Of a DNA stretch of 64,000 bases, positions 1 to 9,190 are shown in pieces (position 1 is the stretch's first letter; every line of letters begins with the position of its first letter). This DNA is from Planctomycetota bacterium (GTDB lineage: Bacteria; Planctomycetota; UBA8742; UBA2392). The stretch spans positions 17,638 to 81,637 of the forward strand of contig QEVF01000009.1 of assembly GCA_003576915.1 (NCBI GenBank), in the 5' to 3' direction. The notes under the pieces were generated by a model. It made no database searches, was not told the DNA's origin, and saw only the letters and a program-made list of their open reading frames with translations. The position numbers were made by a program, and so were the translations under genes.

Positions 1-1
1 C

Positions 2-1783
2 ATTGCCACCTCCCCCATTTCAAAGCTGCAGAAGTCGCTCTCCCTGCTCCTGAACCTGCTGCTGCTGGCCTGCCTCGTGCTGGCCCTCAGCGGTCTGAAG
101 ATTCCGGATGCGCGCCAGCGCGGGTTGCCGCTGGTGCTGATCATTGACACGACGGCCAGCATGCAGACACGCACGCTGGATGGCTCCCGGCTGGAACTGG
201 CCCTGGCTCGAGCCAGAGAGATCGTGGATGCCGCCGGTGACAGCCCCGTCACCCTCATGACCTGGAACGGCTCGCTGCTTCTCGCGGCCCCCGCCGACTG
301 CGAACCCTCCGTGGCCAAGGCTGCCTTGGGGCGCATTGAAGCAACGGACTTGGGCGCCGGAGACGAAGCGCTGCTGCTGGCGCTGCGCCCCCACTTCGAG
401 GCCAAGCGCGCCCAGCGTATTGCCCTGATCTCGGACCATCGCCCCGGAGCCGTATCGGCCGACTACCTGTTCGTCCCCGCCGGAGCCGCCGCCGCCAACG
501 TGGGCATCGTGGCCGCCGATGTTCACGACGCAGGCAAGGGACAGGCCGACCTGTTTTTCGGCCTCGAGCTCTTTGGCGAAGATCGCAGCCTGGTGTCGGT
601 CAAACTCGAGCGCCTGACGGCCGGCGAAGATCAGCCTCTGGTGGAAGTGGCCGACGTGCGCGAGCTGACCCTCGCCCGCGGGCCGCGCACGCCCGTGAGC
701 TTCAGGATCAGCCGGCCGGGTCTTTACCGCGCCCGCCTCGAAAGCGAGGACGCTCTGGCCCTCGACAGCCAGGCCTTCCTTCGCTACGCCCCTCCCGCCA
801 AGCTGGCCGTGGCGTGCGTCGGCCCTCTGCCGCGCTCTCTGGGAACGCTGCTGTCCGCGTTGGAGTTTGTCACGGTGGTCGATGCCGCGGACGCCGATGA
901 CTCCACCACCGCGTTTGTCTACACCGACGGCGCCAAGGCCCGTCGCACCCGCCTGCCGGCGGCCTATGTCGGACCCCAGTCCGGAGCTCCGGGCGTGCGG
1001 TTTTCGAGCGCGAGCGACGCCTCTGATTTCGCCGCCCGACCCGCGCGCAGCTTTCTCTGGCGTGGGGCGGGCGTGCCGGACCTCAGGCTGGGCGCAGTGT
1101 GCAACATCGAGAGTGCGGGCTTCTTTCAGCCGGTGCTGGAGGCGGGCACCGGGGTTTCGATATGCATGCTGTCGCGCGACAACGAGGCGCTGTCCGACCT
1201 GATTGTCGGTTTCGACCTCGACCACGAGGCCAACAACTTCCGCAACAAGTACGCCTTCGTGATTTTCTGGAGCAATTGGTTTGAACACGTGCGCTCCCTG
1301 CTTGAGCCCCTGCCCCGCGGCGCCGTACGCACCGTGGACACCCTCGAAGTGCGCAAGCTTGAGGGGCGCGGCGAGTTCAGTTACCGGCGCCCGGGCGCAC
1401 AGGAGGGCTGGCAGGCGTCCATGCCCGGCGACGTACTGTCCGCCGAACGCGTCGGGCTGCTTCACTTTCAGGGATTGCGCGAAACCTCGGAACCGCTGCT
1501 GGGCGTGAGCCTGCTCGACCCCGCCGAAAGCAACACCGCCGCCGTCAGCGATGCCGTCTGGGATTCAGCGGCCGCCAAAGAATTTCTCTCGGCCGCCAAT
1601 GCCAACGATGGAGATCAGGCCGACTACGACCTGCGGCCCTGGCTGGCTCTGGCTGCGCTGGCGCTGCTGTTGTTTGACTGGTTCTACTTCAGGCGGCGCT
1701 TTGCCCTGGGGCAGGGCCGGCCGTCCGTCCGGAAGACGGCGCGCGGCGCAACTGCGATTCGAAGGCGCCAAGCAGGCGCTTGA
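2..1783 (+). CDS. BatA-like membrane-anchored von Willebrand factor A (VWA) domain protein, 5' end cut by the window edge
   Basis: The frame is open from base 2 (..KSLSLLLNLLLLACLVLALSGLK reads as an N-terminal TM helix), so the Met at 77 is internal. LVLIIDTTASM is a typical VWA domain start. A C-terminal TM helix LALAALALLLFDWFYF is followed by RRR. Confidence 0.75.
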   Translation: MATSPISKLQKSLSLLLNLLLLACLVLALSGLKIPDARQRGLPLVLIIDTTASMQTRTLDGSRLELALARAREIVDAAGDSPVTLMTWNGSLLLAAPADCEPSVAKAALGRIEATDLGAGDEALLLALRPHFEAKRAQRIALISDHRPGAVSADYLFVPAGAAAANVGIVAADVHDAGKGQADLFFGLELFGEDRSLVSVKLERLTAGEDQPLVEVADVRELTLARGPRTPVSFRISRPGLYRARLESEDALALDSQAFLRYAPPAKLAVACVGPLPRSLGTLLSALEFVTVVDAADADDSTTAFVYTDGAKARRTRLPAAYVGPQSGAPGVRFSSASDASDFAARPARSFLWRGAGVPDLRLGAVCNIESAGFFQPVLEAGTGVSICMLSRDNEALSDLIVGFDLDHEANNFRNKYAFVIFWSNWFEHVRSLLEPLPRGAVRTVDTLEVRKLEGRGEFSYRRPGAQEGWQASMPGDVLSAERVGLLHFQGLRETSEPLLGVSLLDPAESNTAAVSDAVWDSAAAKEFLSAANANDGDQADYDLRPWLALAALALLLFDWFYFRRRFALGQGRPSVRKTARGATAIRRRQAGA

Positions 1784-4190
1784 AAGCGTCCTCAGCTTCC
1801 GATTGTTCGGCCGGCGGCCCGTAACGCAGGCGGTAGAACTGCTCTGTCAGTTCACGCACAGCTTCAAAGGTGCCCCCGCCGCGGCGGATCACACGCCATG
1901 CGAACTCGCGGGGCGTTTCAAATGGCCTCTTGTGAAAGCCGACGCGCGCCAATGCCAGCAGCAGCCGGACATAGAGTCCCTGCTGGCGCCGGTTCATGCC
2001 ACGCAATCCGGAGTCGACACCCATCTCATCCAGCACGCGCTTCTTGAGCCTGCGGCGTCCCCGGTGGCGCCACAGCATCCAAAGCACCAGCGCCGACAGG
2101 GGCGCGAGCACCAGCGAAGCCCGCGCCCAGGGAGACTGCGGCAGATAGTCCGGCATCCAGTCCGTCGCGACCGCCAGAGCCTCACGTAATTGCTCCACGC
2201 CGCGATCAAAACCATCTTCGATATCCCTGGCCAATTGCTCGCGCGCCTCGTTGCCATAGCCGATCAGGGGGTCCCTCGGCTGGCCGCCAGATGGCGTCTG
2301 CGGGTCCGTGCCCTGGGTTGCCGCGTCAGGCTCAGGGCCGGGGTCAGGGGTGACTTCAGGCTCGGGCGATGGCTCGGGATCGCTGCCCGCCGCGCTGGGC
2401 GGTGTCGGGTCAAAGGTGACCCAACCATAGCCCTGCACGTAGACCTCGACCCACGCATGGGCGTTGGAACCATAAACTTCAAACACACCGCGCTCTTCGT
2501 TGTAAGTCGTGGCGTGAAAACCAACCGCCAGCCGGCAGGGCACGCCCGAAGCGCGCAGCACGGCGCACATGGCCGACGCGAAGTACTCGCAATGGCCGTA
2601 GGGTTCCGTCGTAAGGAAGCGATAGATGCAATCCGCCCCGGGACGGGGCCGGCGCTGCAGCGAGTAACTGTACAGATTTTCCCCTGTGCGCTGCACCTTG
2701 GCCTCCGCAAAATACCGCACCAGCCAGCGGGCAGCAGCCACCGAGCTGAAGACCGGATTGTCCCCGCTGACGCGCCGCGAAGCGCGGTTGCGAACTTCCG
2801 CCACCACCGGCAGCGAATTGAGCTTCTCGGCAAGGCTCTTGGGCAACAGCCAGTACGCCCGTTCCGGCGTGCCCGGTGCAGGAGCGCCGTTCTCAGGCGG
2901 GGCGCGCGGCGGCGCCTTGCCCGCCAATCGTGCCTCCAGATCGCCGTAGTCCATGATGAACTCGACGCTCTCAAAGCCGTAGGTGGAACTGAGTTTCACG
3001 CCGGGAGCCCGCAGGATGCCGGCCTCCGGCGTCCAGATGGCTTCCGCGTCAAAGCCGGTCAGCGCGACGGGCTCGGCGGTCAGGGGCAGCTCTCCCAGTT
3101 CGCCCAGGCCGCCGCGCAGCAAGCTGACCTTGTAGCCGGCCAGTCGGAAGCCCTCGCCCGGATTGCGCGCACCCGGCAGGCGCCGCTTGCCGCGCTGGGC
3201 CTCGCCCAGCAACGTGCCGCTGGTGGATGAAGGGGAGGGGCTCCAACGTTCACCGTCAAAGGTGGAGTGAGTGAAACAACGCAGATAGAGGGGCGTGGGG
3301 ATGTATCGAGGCGTCTGAACGGTCAAGGGCCTGACCTCGAGCACCTTCTCCATCGACTGCTGAATCTCGCCGAACTCGCCCAACTCGACGCCGCGCGACA
3401 GCGAAGTGATGCCGGAGATGGACCTTTCGCCCCCTGTCCCGCCTGACTTCGTGCCGCCTCCCGACTTGCCCGGCGCGCCGTTCCCGGCCACGGGTAGCGC
3501 GCCGTCCTTGTGCCCGTCGTCGCGGCTGAACTCAATTCGCGGCATGGCAAAGAAGAGCACAAACGTAGCCGCCAGCATTGAAATCACGGCGCCCCAGAGC
3601 ACGGCGAAGAACGAGCCGCGCATCAGGCTGCCGGGCTGAGATGCCGCCACTCCCTGACTCCTTCCCTCGAGCGGAAAGAGCTGCAACTGCATGCGGGCCG
3701 GATAGGAAAACGCGACGTAAAGCGCAGCCAGGGTGCCCATGCCCAGAAGCCAGGGCCAGAGCACATCGTCCAGCGGGCGCCTCAGCCCCGCCACCACGAA
3801 AAAGAGCGTCAAGACCAGAACCAGGCTGGAGAGCCGCGCGCTTTCCCGCGTGTACAGCACCATGAGCTGCACGGGCAATATCAGTACCGGCAAGGGCGTA
3901 TTGAGGGCCAGGCCGATGGCATCGCCCCGATAGGGATCGATGCGATCCAGGGTCGCCAGCAGGAACATGGCCGGAAGCATCAGGTAAAACGCCAGCAGGT
4001 AGGGCCGAAAGCGCCTTAAGGCGGGCAGCACCAGAAAGGCTTCCTGCAGGCAGAGGCAGATGAGGATGAAGGCCGGTTCACGCCAGTCCATGAGGCCGCG
4101 CCGATGGAACAGCACGCCGGTCACCGAAAGAGCAATGCCCAACACCCGGGTGATGTGGCGGTAAAGGGCCCCCGTGGAGTGGATGCTCAT
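1689..4190 (-). CDS. Transglutaminase-like enzyme with N-terminal multi-pass membrane domain (TgpA/DUF3488-like)
   Basis: The N-terminal ~200 aa are hydrophobic helices. The transglutaminase core Cys-His-Asp is visible: GHCEYFASAMCAVLRASGVPCRLAVGF ... NAHAWVEVY ... GWVTFDPTP. The start overlaps the upstream DUF58 stop by 4 nt. Confidence 0.85.
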   Translation of the reverse strand: MSIHSTGALYRHITRVLGIALSVTGVLFHRRGLMDWREPAFILICLCLQEAFLVLPALRRFRPYLLAFYLMLPAMFLLATLDRIDPYRGDAIGLALNTPLPVLILPVQLMVLYTRESARLSSLVLVLTLFFVVAGLRRPLDDVLWPWLLGMGTLAALYVAFSYPARMQLQLFPLEGRSQGVAASQPGSLMRGSFFAVLWGAVISMLAATFVLFFAMPRIEFSRDDGHKDGALPVAGNGAPGKSGGGTKSGGTGGERSISGITSLSRGVELGEFGEIQQSMEKVLEVRPLTVQTPRYIPTPLYLRCFTHSTFDGERWSPSPSSTSGTLLGEAQRGKRRLPGARNPGEGFRLAGYKVSLLRGGLGELGELPLTAEPVALTGFDAEAIWTPEAGILRAPGVKLSSTYGFESVEFIMDYGDLEARLAGKAPPRAPPENGAPAPGTPERAYWLLPKSLAEKLNSLPVVAEVRNRASRRVSGDNPVFSSVAAARWLVRYFAEAKVQRTGENLYSYSLQRRPRPGADCIYRFLTTEPYGHCEYFASAMCAVLRASGVPCRLAVGFHATTYNEERGVFEVYGSNAHAWVEVYVQGYGWVTFDPTPPSAAGSDPEPSPEPEVTPDPGPEPDAATQGTDPQTPSGGQPRDPLIGYGNEAREQLARDIEDGFDRGVEQLREALAVATDWMPDYLPQSPWARASLVLAPLSALVLWMLWRHRGRRRLKKRVLDEMGVDSGLRGMNRRQQGLYVRLLLALARVGFHKRPFETPREFAWRVIRRGGGTFEAVRELTEQFYRLRYGPPAEQSEAEDAFKRLLGAFESQLRRAPSSGRTAGPAPGQSAA

Positions 4191-5431
4191 GCTTCGCCCT
4201 CCGCCTCGCCCCGTGCCAGTTCGCGGCTGGTGATGCTGCGCCGGCCCAGCACGTCAAAGGAAAGGTTGGAGCGGAAATCCGCGTCAGCCGCACCGATGAC
4301 GATGGCCCCTGACGTGCTTGGCAGGCGGGCCTCCGCGTGCTCTTTGGGGCCCAGCGTAAGCAAGATGGGCGTTTCCTGAGCGTCTCCGAGGCCCACTTGA
4401 TCAATCCAGCGGGCCAGGGGCACCTCCGAAAGTCCCACGTGCGCCAGACGCTCCATGATGGCGTGATACTGCGAGTCTCCGCGACCGTGCTGGCTCACCA
4501 GCAGCGTCTGGCCGAGATGGGCAAATCGGAAGTTCACGCTTTGGCGTGTGAGGAAAAACGTAATGCCGGCACACAGGCCCACCAGCGCTTCCAGACGCTC
4601 CCGCAGCGTGTTGGGGTCGCCGACGGGCGCGGTATTCAGGATGATCACGAAGTTTGCGTCACGCCTGCCCTCCAGTTCGAGGATCATCGGCTTGCCGGTG
4701 CGCGCCGTCGTGCGCCAGTGAATGCGCTTGAGGTTCTCCCCCTGCCGGTACTCGCGCACGCCAAACACTTCTTCATCGCCCCGGTGGGATGTCGATGACT
4801 CGCCAAAGTAGCGAGCCAAGTCCAGCAGGCGCTCTTCCAGCTCCCGCGACAGGCGAAGCGGCCTCGGGTAAGCCACGATATCGCTGCGGAAACTCAACGA
4901 CCGCGAAGCGGCCACCAGCCCGAACGGAAACGCCGAGGTCACGTTGATCTCGCGCAGCCGGTGGTTGCCGCGCCGCCTCAGGGAGGCCGCCACGGGCAGC
5001 CGCAGAACAAAGCGCGGCGAGACGGCCATGGCGAGCTGGAGCGGAAAGTCCCGCTGCAGATCCGGCAGGGCCGTGTCATCAAGAATCAGGGAGAAACTCG
5101 GCAGCCAGCGCTTGCGGTTGTGGACCAGAAGCTCGATCTCGAAGGTCTCTCCGACGTGCGCCGCGCCGGGATGCCTGCGCTTGACCTCGATGCCCCGGAT
5201 ATTGAGCCAAACCCAGACCGCATTGACCGCGGCCATGGCCACAGGCAGGCAGCCGAGCAGGAGGAAGGCGTTTTCCCCGGTGTGAGCGCCCGCCACGAAC
5301 AGGCCGATGCCTGAAAGAACAAAGTAGGCCCCCCAGCGCGTGGGGCGGGGCAGCACGCGCAGCCACGCCCAAAGTCGCTCTCTGCGGCGCCGAACCTGCC
5401 GGGTGGACTGGGTTGCCGCTTCGCCGCTCAT
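4187..5431 (-). CDS. DUF58 domain protein (Bat/MoxR-operon type)
   Basis: An N-terminal pair of TM helices is followed by the DUF58 hallmark FGVREYRQGENLKRIHWRTTARTGKPMILELE. Confidence 0.8.
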   Translation of the reverse strand: MSGEAATQSTRQVRRRRERLWAWLRVLPRPTRWGAYFVLSGIGLFVAGAHTGENAFLLLGCLPVAMAAVNAVWVWLNIRGIEVKRRHPGAAHVGETFEIELLVHNRKRWLPSFSLILDDTALPDLQRDFPLQLAMAVSPRFVLRLPVAASLRRRGNHRLREINVTSAFPFGLVAASRSLSFRSDIVAYPRPLRLSRELEERLLDLARYFGESSTSHRGDEEVFGVREYRQGENLKRIHWRTTARTGKPMILELEGRRDANFVIILNTAPVGDPNTLRERLEALVGLCAGITFFLTRQSVNFRFAHLGQTLLVSQHGRGDSQYHAIMERLAHVGLSEVPLARWIDQVGLGDAQETPILLTLGPKEHAEARLPSTSGAIVIGAADADFRSNLSFDVLGRRSITSRELARGEAEGEA

Positions 5432-5446
5432 GTTGGCTCGCGCTGA

Positions 5447-5818
5447 CTAATCGGACGGGGCAGTGGTATCGATGTCGGGCTTCTCGCCGCGGCCGCCCAG
5501 ATAACCCCACAGCATCAATGCCGTGGCAAACAGCCCAAGGCCAAGGCAGACCACCGCCAGCAACGTGAGCCACCCGCGATGCAGGCCCTGTTCGGCCACT
5601 ATTGAAACGAAGAAACTGCCGTGGAGTTCTGCCTGCTTCGCGGCCTGAGCCGCCAACTCGCGCTGGCTTCCACGACCGGGAAGCACCACCACCAACTCTT
5701 CGCGTCGGGCAAAGACGTTCTCGTAGCGTACGCCGGCCAGGTCCAGGGCGCGCCGCAGGGCCGCCACGGGTTCCGCGGAGCCGGCAGGATAGGCAGGTCG
5801 ATCCATAGGTTGGGTCAT
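5447..5818 (-). CDS. Hypothetical protein with C-terminal TM helix
   Basis: ORF with normal composition. The ATG at 5818 forms an ATGA overlap with the upstream stop at 5815-5817. LLAVVCLGLGLFATALMLWGYL is a TM helix. Confidence 0.5.
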   Translation of the reverse strand: MTQPMDRPAYPAGSAEPVAALRRALDLAGVRYENVFARREELVVVLPGRGSQRELAAQAAKQAELHGSFFVSIVAEQGLHRGWLTLLAVVCLGLGLFATALMLWGYLGGRGEKPDIDTTAPSD

Positions 5819-6807
5819 GGGCAGGGGAACCACGAAATGGCGCCGGAGCGCAAGCCTTGCACATAAATGCGACCCTGGGCAGGAGCGCCGGCCAGTTCCA
5901 GGGGATCCACCGTCATGGGGTGCTGGGCCACCACCCGCCGCTGCGCGGCATCGATCTCAACGACATCGCCCTGCAGCGGACGAGCCAGCAACGCGCGCGT
6001 CTGGGCGCGGTTGAAGGCCACGCCGCCCAGGAAGCCGCGGACACGCTCGCCTCGATGCCAGCGCAGGACGTCATCCACCACGATTTCCCCCACGAGCTTC
6101 AGGCTGGCGGTATCGTAAATGAAGATGCTGCCCTGGGCCGAGACCCAGGCCTCCTGGCGCGAAGCGCAAAAAGCCACCCGGGCCAGGCCCTTCTGTTCGG
6201 CGGGCCAGAACACATCACCCGCCAGGTCCATGTTTTCGTTGAGCACGAACAGGTGGCTGGAGTCGCTCACCGTGAGCCAGCAGCGGCGGCCATCAGGCTG
6301 AGCGTACAGCGCAGCCGGAATAGTCGTGGGCGGCAGGAATGTCAGCGCCTGCACATGAGCAGTGGCCGCCTGCCCGTCCATCACGTACACCGCGGGAACA
6401 GGGGGCAGGTCCGGCTCCATCTGCGCAAACCCGGGCACGCGGCAAACGCTGCCGCGCAGGGCTTCAAACAGCGCCGGCGAGAGCGCCCCATGTTCCCGGG
6501 TCAGGGCGGCAATTCTCGGCACATCCGTGAGCAGTTCGTGAAACTGGCGCGGCTGCTTTTCCAGCAGCGCGGCAATGCGCTGCGAGTCCAGCACGCTGAA
6601 GCTGAGATTGCCGTCGGGAAGGCGCGGCCAGCCGTCACACACCAGCACACAGCGGCCAAAGGGCCAGGCCATCAGCCGCCCCGGCGATGAAGCCAGCGCG
6701 GCATGGAACTCCCCCCGGGGGTGATCCGGCTGCCAGGCAAACAGCGTCTCCAGCCCGTCCACACGCCGGATGTAATAAAGGGTGTTGCCCGCGGCATCCA
6801 GAAACAC
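5815..6807 (-). CDS. Hypothetical protein
   Basis: A 330-aa ORF co-directional with and tightly packed against its neighbours. I recognise no family. Confidence 0.5.
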   Translation of the reverse strand: MFLDAAGNTLYYIRRVDGLETLFAWQPDHPRGEFHAALASSPGRLMAWPFGRCVLVCDGWPRLPDGNLSFSVLDSQRIAALLEKQPRQFHELLTDVPRIAALTREHGALSPALFEALRGSVCRVPGFAQMEPDLPPVPAVYVMDGQAATAHVQALTFLPPTTIPAALYAQPDGRRCWLTVSDSSHLFVLNENMDLAGDVFWPAEQKGLARVAFCASRQEAWVSAQGSIFIYDTASLKLVGEIVVDDVLRWHRGERVRGFLGGVAFNRAQTRALLARPLQGDVVEIDAAQRRVVAQHPMTVDPLELAGAPAQGRIYVQGLRSGAISWFPCP

Positions 6808-6808
6808 G

Positions 6809-7912
6809 TCAACCCTTCTTGTGGGACTTCACGTCGTCAATGGCGCGGCCGATGCGGGCCAAGCCCTCGCGCACCTCGGCGGGGTTGCTCTTGTACCCCA
6901 CGCGCAGGAATCCCGGTGACTGGAAGTATTCGCCGGCCACCACCAGCACTCCGTACTCATTGCGCAAAACGGTGGCCAGGTTGCCGGTTTCCTCAAGCCC
7001 CTTGACGCGCATCCAGCACACGAGGCCGCCCGGCGGCGTGAAGGCCTCGATGTCGGTGCGCGTCTTGAGCCATTCAGCGACGATGGGCCAGTTGCGTTCG
7101 TGCAGGCCCCGCGTGATGGCCCTGAGCCGCGAAAGATTGCCCAGTGCCTTCGCCGCCATGTTCTGGCACACCGGCGAAATCTCCGGATCGACGACGTCGG
7201 CCAGATCACACATTCGCGAGGCAATGCGCGCCGGCGCCAGCGCCCAGCCAAAGCGCAGGGCGGACAGGCCGTAAACCTTGGTCAGGCTGCTGGTCACGAT
7301 CACGTTGTCGCCATAGCCAAAGCAGGTGTCGTCTTCGGCGCCGATCTTCAGATGATCGAGGTAGACCTCATCCACCAGCACGGTCGTGCCGTTCTTGGCC
7401 GCCGCAGCGATCATGTCCTTGAGCAGGTCACGGGGCAGCTTGGCCATGCTGGGATTGTGCAGGTCCGTGAATACCGCCAGCCGCGTCTTGTCGTCCAGCA
7501 GGCGCTTGAACTCGCCGAGGTCGGGGGCAAATCCGTTTTCAAAGCGGCGCTTGAGCTGCACAGGGCGGCAACCCGCCAGCGTCGTGAGGCTGTTGAACTG
7601 GCCGTAGCCGGGCATCTCGATGATGACTTTGTCGCCGGGCTGCAGCACCGCCGAGAAGGCAAAGAAGTTCGCCTCGCTGCTGCCCGCCGTCAGCACGACA
7701 TTCTGGCCGCTGCACTTGTAGCGCGTGGCCAGCCAATCCACGTTGCGCGGGTCGCCGTAGCTGTTGCAGAGCGCATCGAGGTCGTAATCGTCAGCGCTGA
7801 AGTTCAGCTCGCCCGGCTTGGGCGGATACATGCCGCTGCCGGCCATGTAGATGCCGTCTGCGTATTCCAGCCGCTTGGCATGGCGCATGTACGAAAACGG
7901 TTCGAAGTCCAT
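6809..7912 (-). CDS. PLP-dependent aminotransferase, class I/II fold
   Basis: SSLTKVYGLSALRFGW is the Schiff-base lysine motif. ...VLVDEVY... and NPSMAKL are also typical. Start chosen at MDFEPF (7912); the ORF extends to 7960. Confidence 0.8.
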   Translation of the reverse strand: MDFEPFSYMRHAKRLEYADGIYMAGSGMYPPKPGELNFSADDYDLDALCNSYGDPRNVDWLATRYKCSGQNVVLTAGSSEANFFAFSAVLQPGDKVIIEMPGYGQFNSLTTLAGCRPVQLKRRFENGFAPDLGEFKRLLDDKTRLAVFTDLHNPSMAKLPRDLLKDMIAAAAKNGTTVLVDEVYLDHLKIGAEDDTCFGYGDNVIVTSSLTKVYGLSALRFGWALAPARIASRMCDLADVVDPEISPVCQNMAAKALGNLSRLRAITRGLHERNWPIVAEWLKTRTDIEAFTPPGGLVCWMRVKGLEETGNLATVLRNEYGVLVVAGEYFQSPGFLRVGYKSNPAEVREGLARIGRAIDDVKSHKKG

Positions 7913-7978
7913 GGGCACCCCCTTGCCTGCGTTTGTAGCGGAGGCTCTGCACCGAGGCAAGGCAAGTATTTGTACGCG

Positions 7979-9172
7979 TCAGGCTCCCGGCCGCCTCGAC
8001 GCGGCCTGGTCGGCGCGGCACTGATCCAGCCAGGCGTACAGGGCCGCCATCTGCTGGGCGAAGTCGTGCGTATGCCCGTCCAGCGGGTTTTTGAAGAAGG
8101 GCGCCAGTTGGGCCAGCATTCCGCTCTCGCCCCGTCGCCAGGCCAGCGAGGTCAGACGCACGAGGTCCAGCACCAGGGGGGCCGCCAGGGCGCTGTCGCA
8201 GCCCTGCCAGGTGAACGAGAAGGTCATCTCCGTGCCCAGGAAGCCCCGGAAATGGACCAGGTCCCAGGCGGTCTTCCAGTCTCCCAGACTCGGAACGTAT
8301 TTGATGTCGGTCTGCACCCAGGCGTCGCCCCCAAGCATCTCGCGCAGGGCGACGTCCTTCTGGCGCAGCTTGCTGTCCTTGGCGGCCGGGGCGTCCAGCG
8401 TGCGACCGTCGGAATTGCCCAGGAAGTTGTTTCCCACCCAACTCATCACACGCAGGTTGCGCGCAATGAACATGGGCCCCAGCACGGTCTTGAGCAGGGT
8501 TTCGCCCGTCTTGCCGTCCTTGCCGGCATGGGGCAGGCGCGCATCTCGGGCCAGGCGCCGCAGGGCCGGAAGTTCGCTCGCCTGGGACGGCGTGAAGTTG
8601 ATGAACGCGCAGTCCTGCCGCAGCGCCGCCAGGGCGTTGATCAGCGTCGATGTGCAGAACCCGGGCCCCGCCTTGGCCAGGGCCTGGAGCAGCGCCGCGG
8701 GGGCGTCGAAGTCGGCCGTTTCGGCGAAGTGCGGTTCGGTGCTGCTGACGTTGACGACAATCAGGCGCTCCACCCCATGCTCCGAGCGGAAGCGTGAAAG
8801 CCGCTCCTCGACCCGCGCCAGCTCTGCCAGGTAGCCGCCGCGTGGAAGCTTGCCGAACTCGAAGGAATCCACCCGGGCGATGCGGGCATCGGTTTCATCG
8901 AGCTGGCTCTTGAGGGACTCCGCCAGGTGAAGCGGCAGAATGCGGGCTTCGCCGGCTTCGCGCGCCCGCTGCCAAAGCGCCACCCGTGAAATGTCGCACC
9001 CGCCCAGCACCAGATCATTCAACAGGGGCAGGGCCAGGCCGCGGAACTCCGGACCTTCCGTCACCAGGCCCGTGCCGTCTGCCAGACCTCGCGCGACAGC
9101 GAGCGCGCCCACGATACTCGTGACTCCGACGTTGCCACAGGCGCCAATGAAGTAGACTCCGACCTTGCTCAT
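7979..9172 (-). CDS. ino1: myo-Inositol-1-phosphate (inositol-3-phosphate) synthase
   Basis: N-terminal Rossmann motif GACGNVG. Family-typical blocks are GKDGKTGETLLKTVLGPMF, GNNFLGNSDG, YVPSLGDWKTAWD, FTWQGCDSALAAPLVLDLVRL. Confidence 0.85.
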   Translation of the reverse strand: MSKVGVYFIGACGNVGVTSIVGALAVARGLADGTGLVTEGPEFRGLALPLLNDLVLGGCDISRVALWQRAREAGEARILPLHLAESLKSQLDETDARIARVDSFEFGKLPRGGYLAELARVEERLSRFRSEHGVERLIVVNVSSTEPHFAETADFDAPAALLQALAKAGPGFCTSTLINALAALRQDCAFINFTPSQASELPALRRLARDARLPHAGKDGKTGETLLKTVLGPMFIARNLRVMSWVGNNFLGNSDGRTLDAPAAKDSKLRQKDVALREMLGGDAWVQTDIKYVPSLGDWKTAWDLVHFRGFLGTEMTFSFTWQGCDSALAAPLVLDLVRLTSLAWRRGESGMLAQLAPFFKNPLDGHTHDFAQQMAALYAWLDQCRADQAASRRPGA

Positions 9173-9190
9173 GTGCTGTTTCCTCTGGCC

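Noticed and set aside
20-1465. 481-aa minus-strand ORF
   Set aside because: It is antisense to the VWA gene and has Arg/Gly/Ala/His-rich, motif-free composition, typical of GC-rich shadow frames.
7100-8797. 565-aa plus-strand ORF
   Set aside because: It is antisense to the aminotransferase and MIPS genes, both of which carry clear family motifs. The composition is shadow-like.
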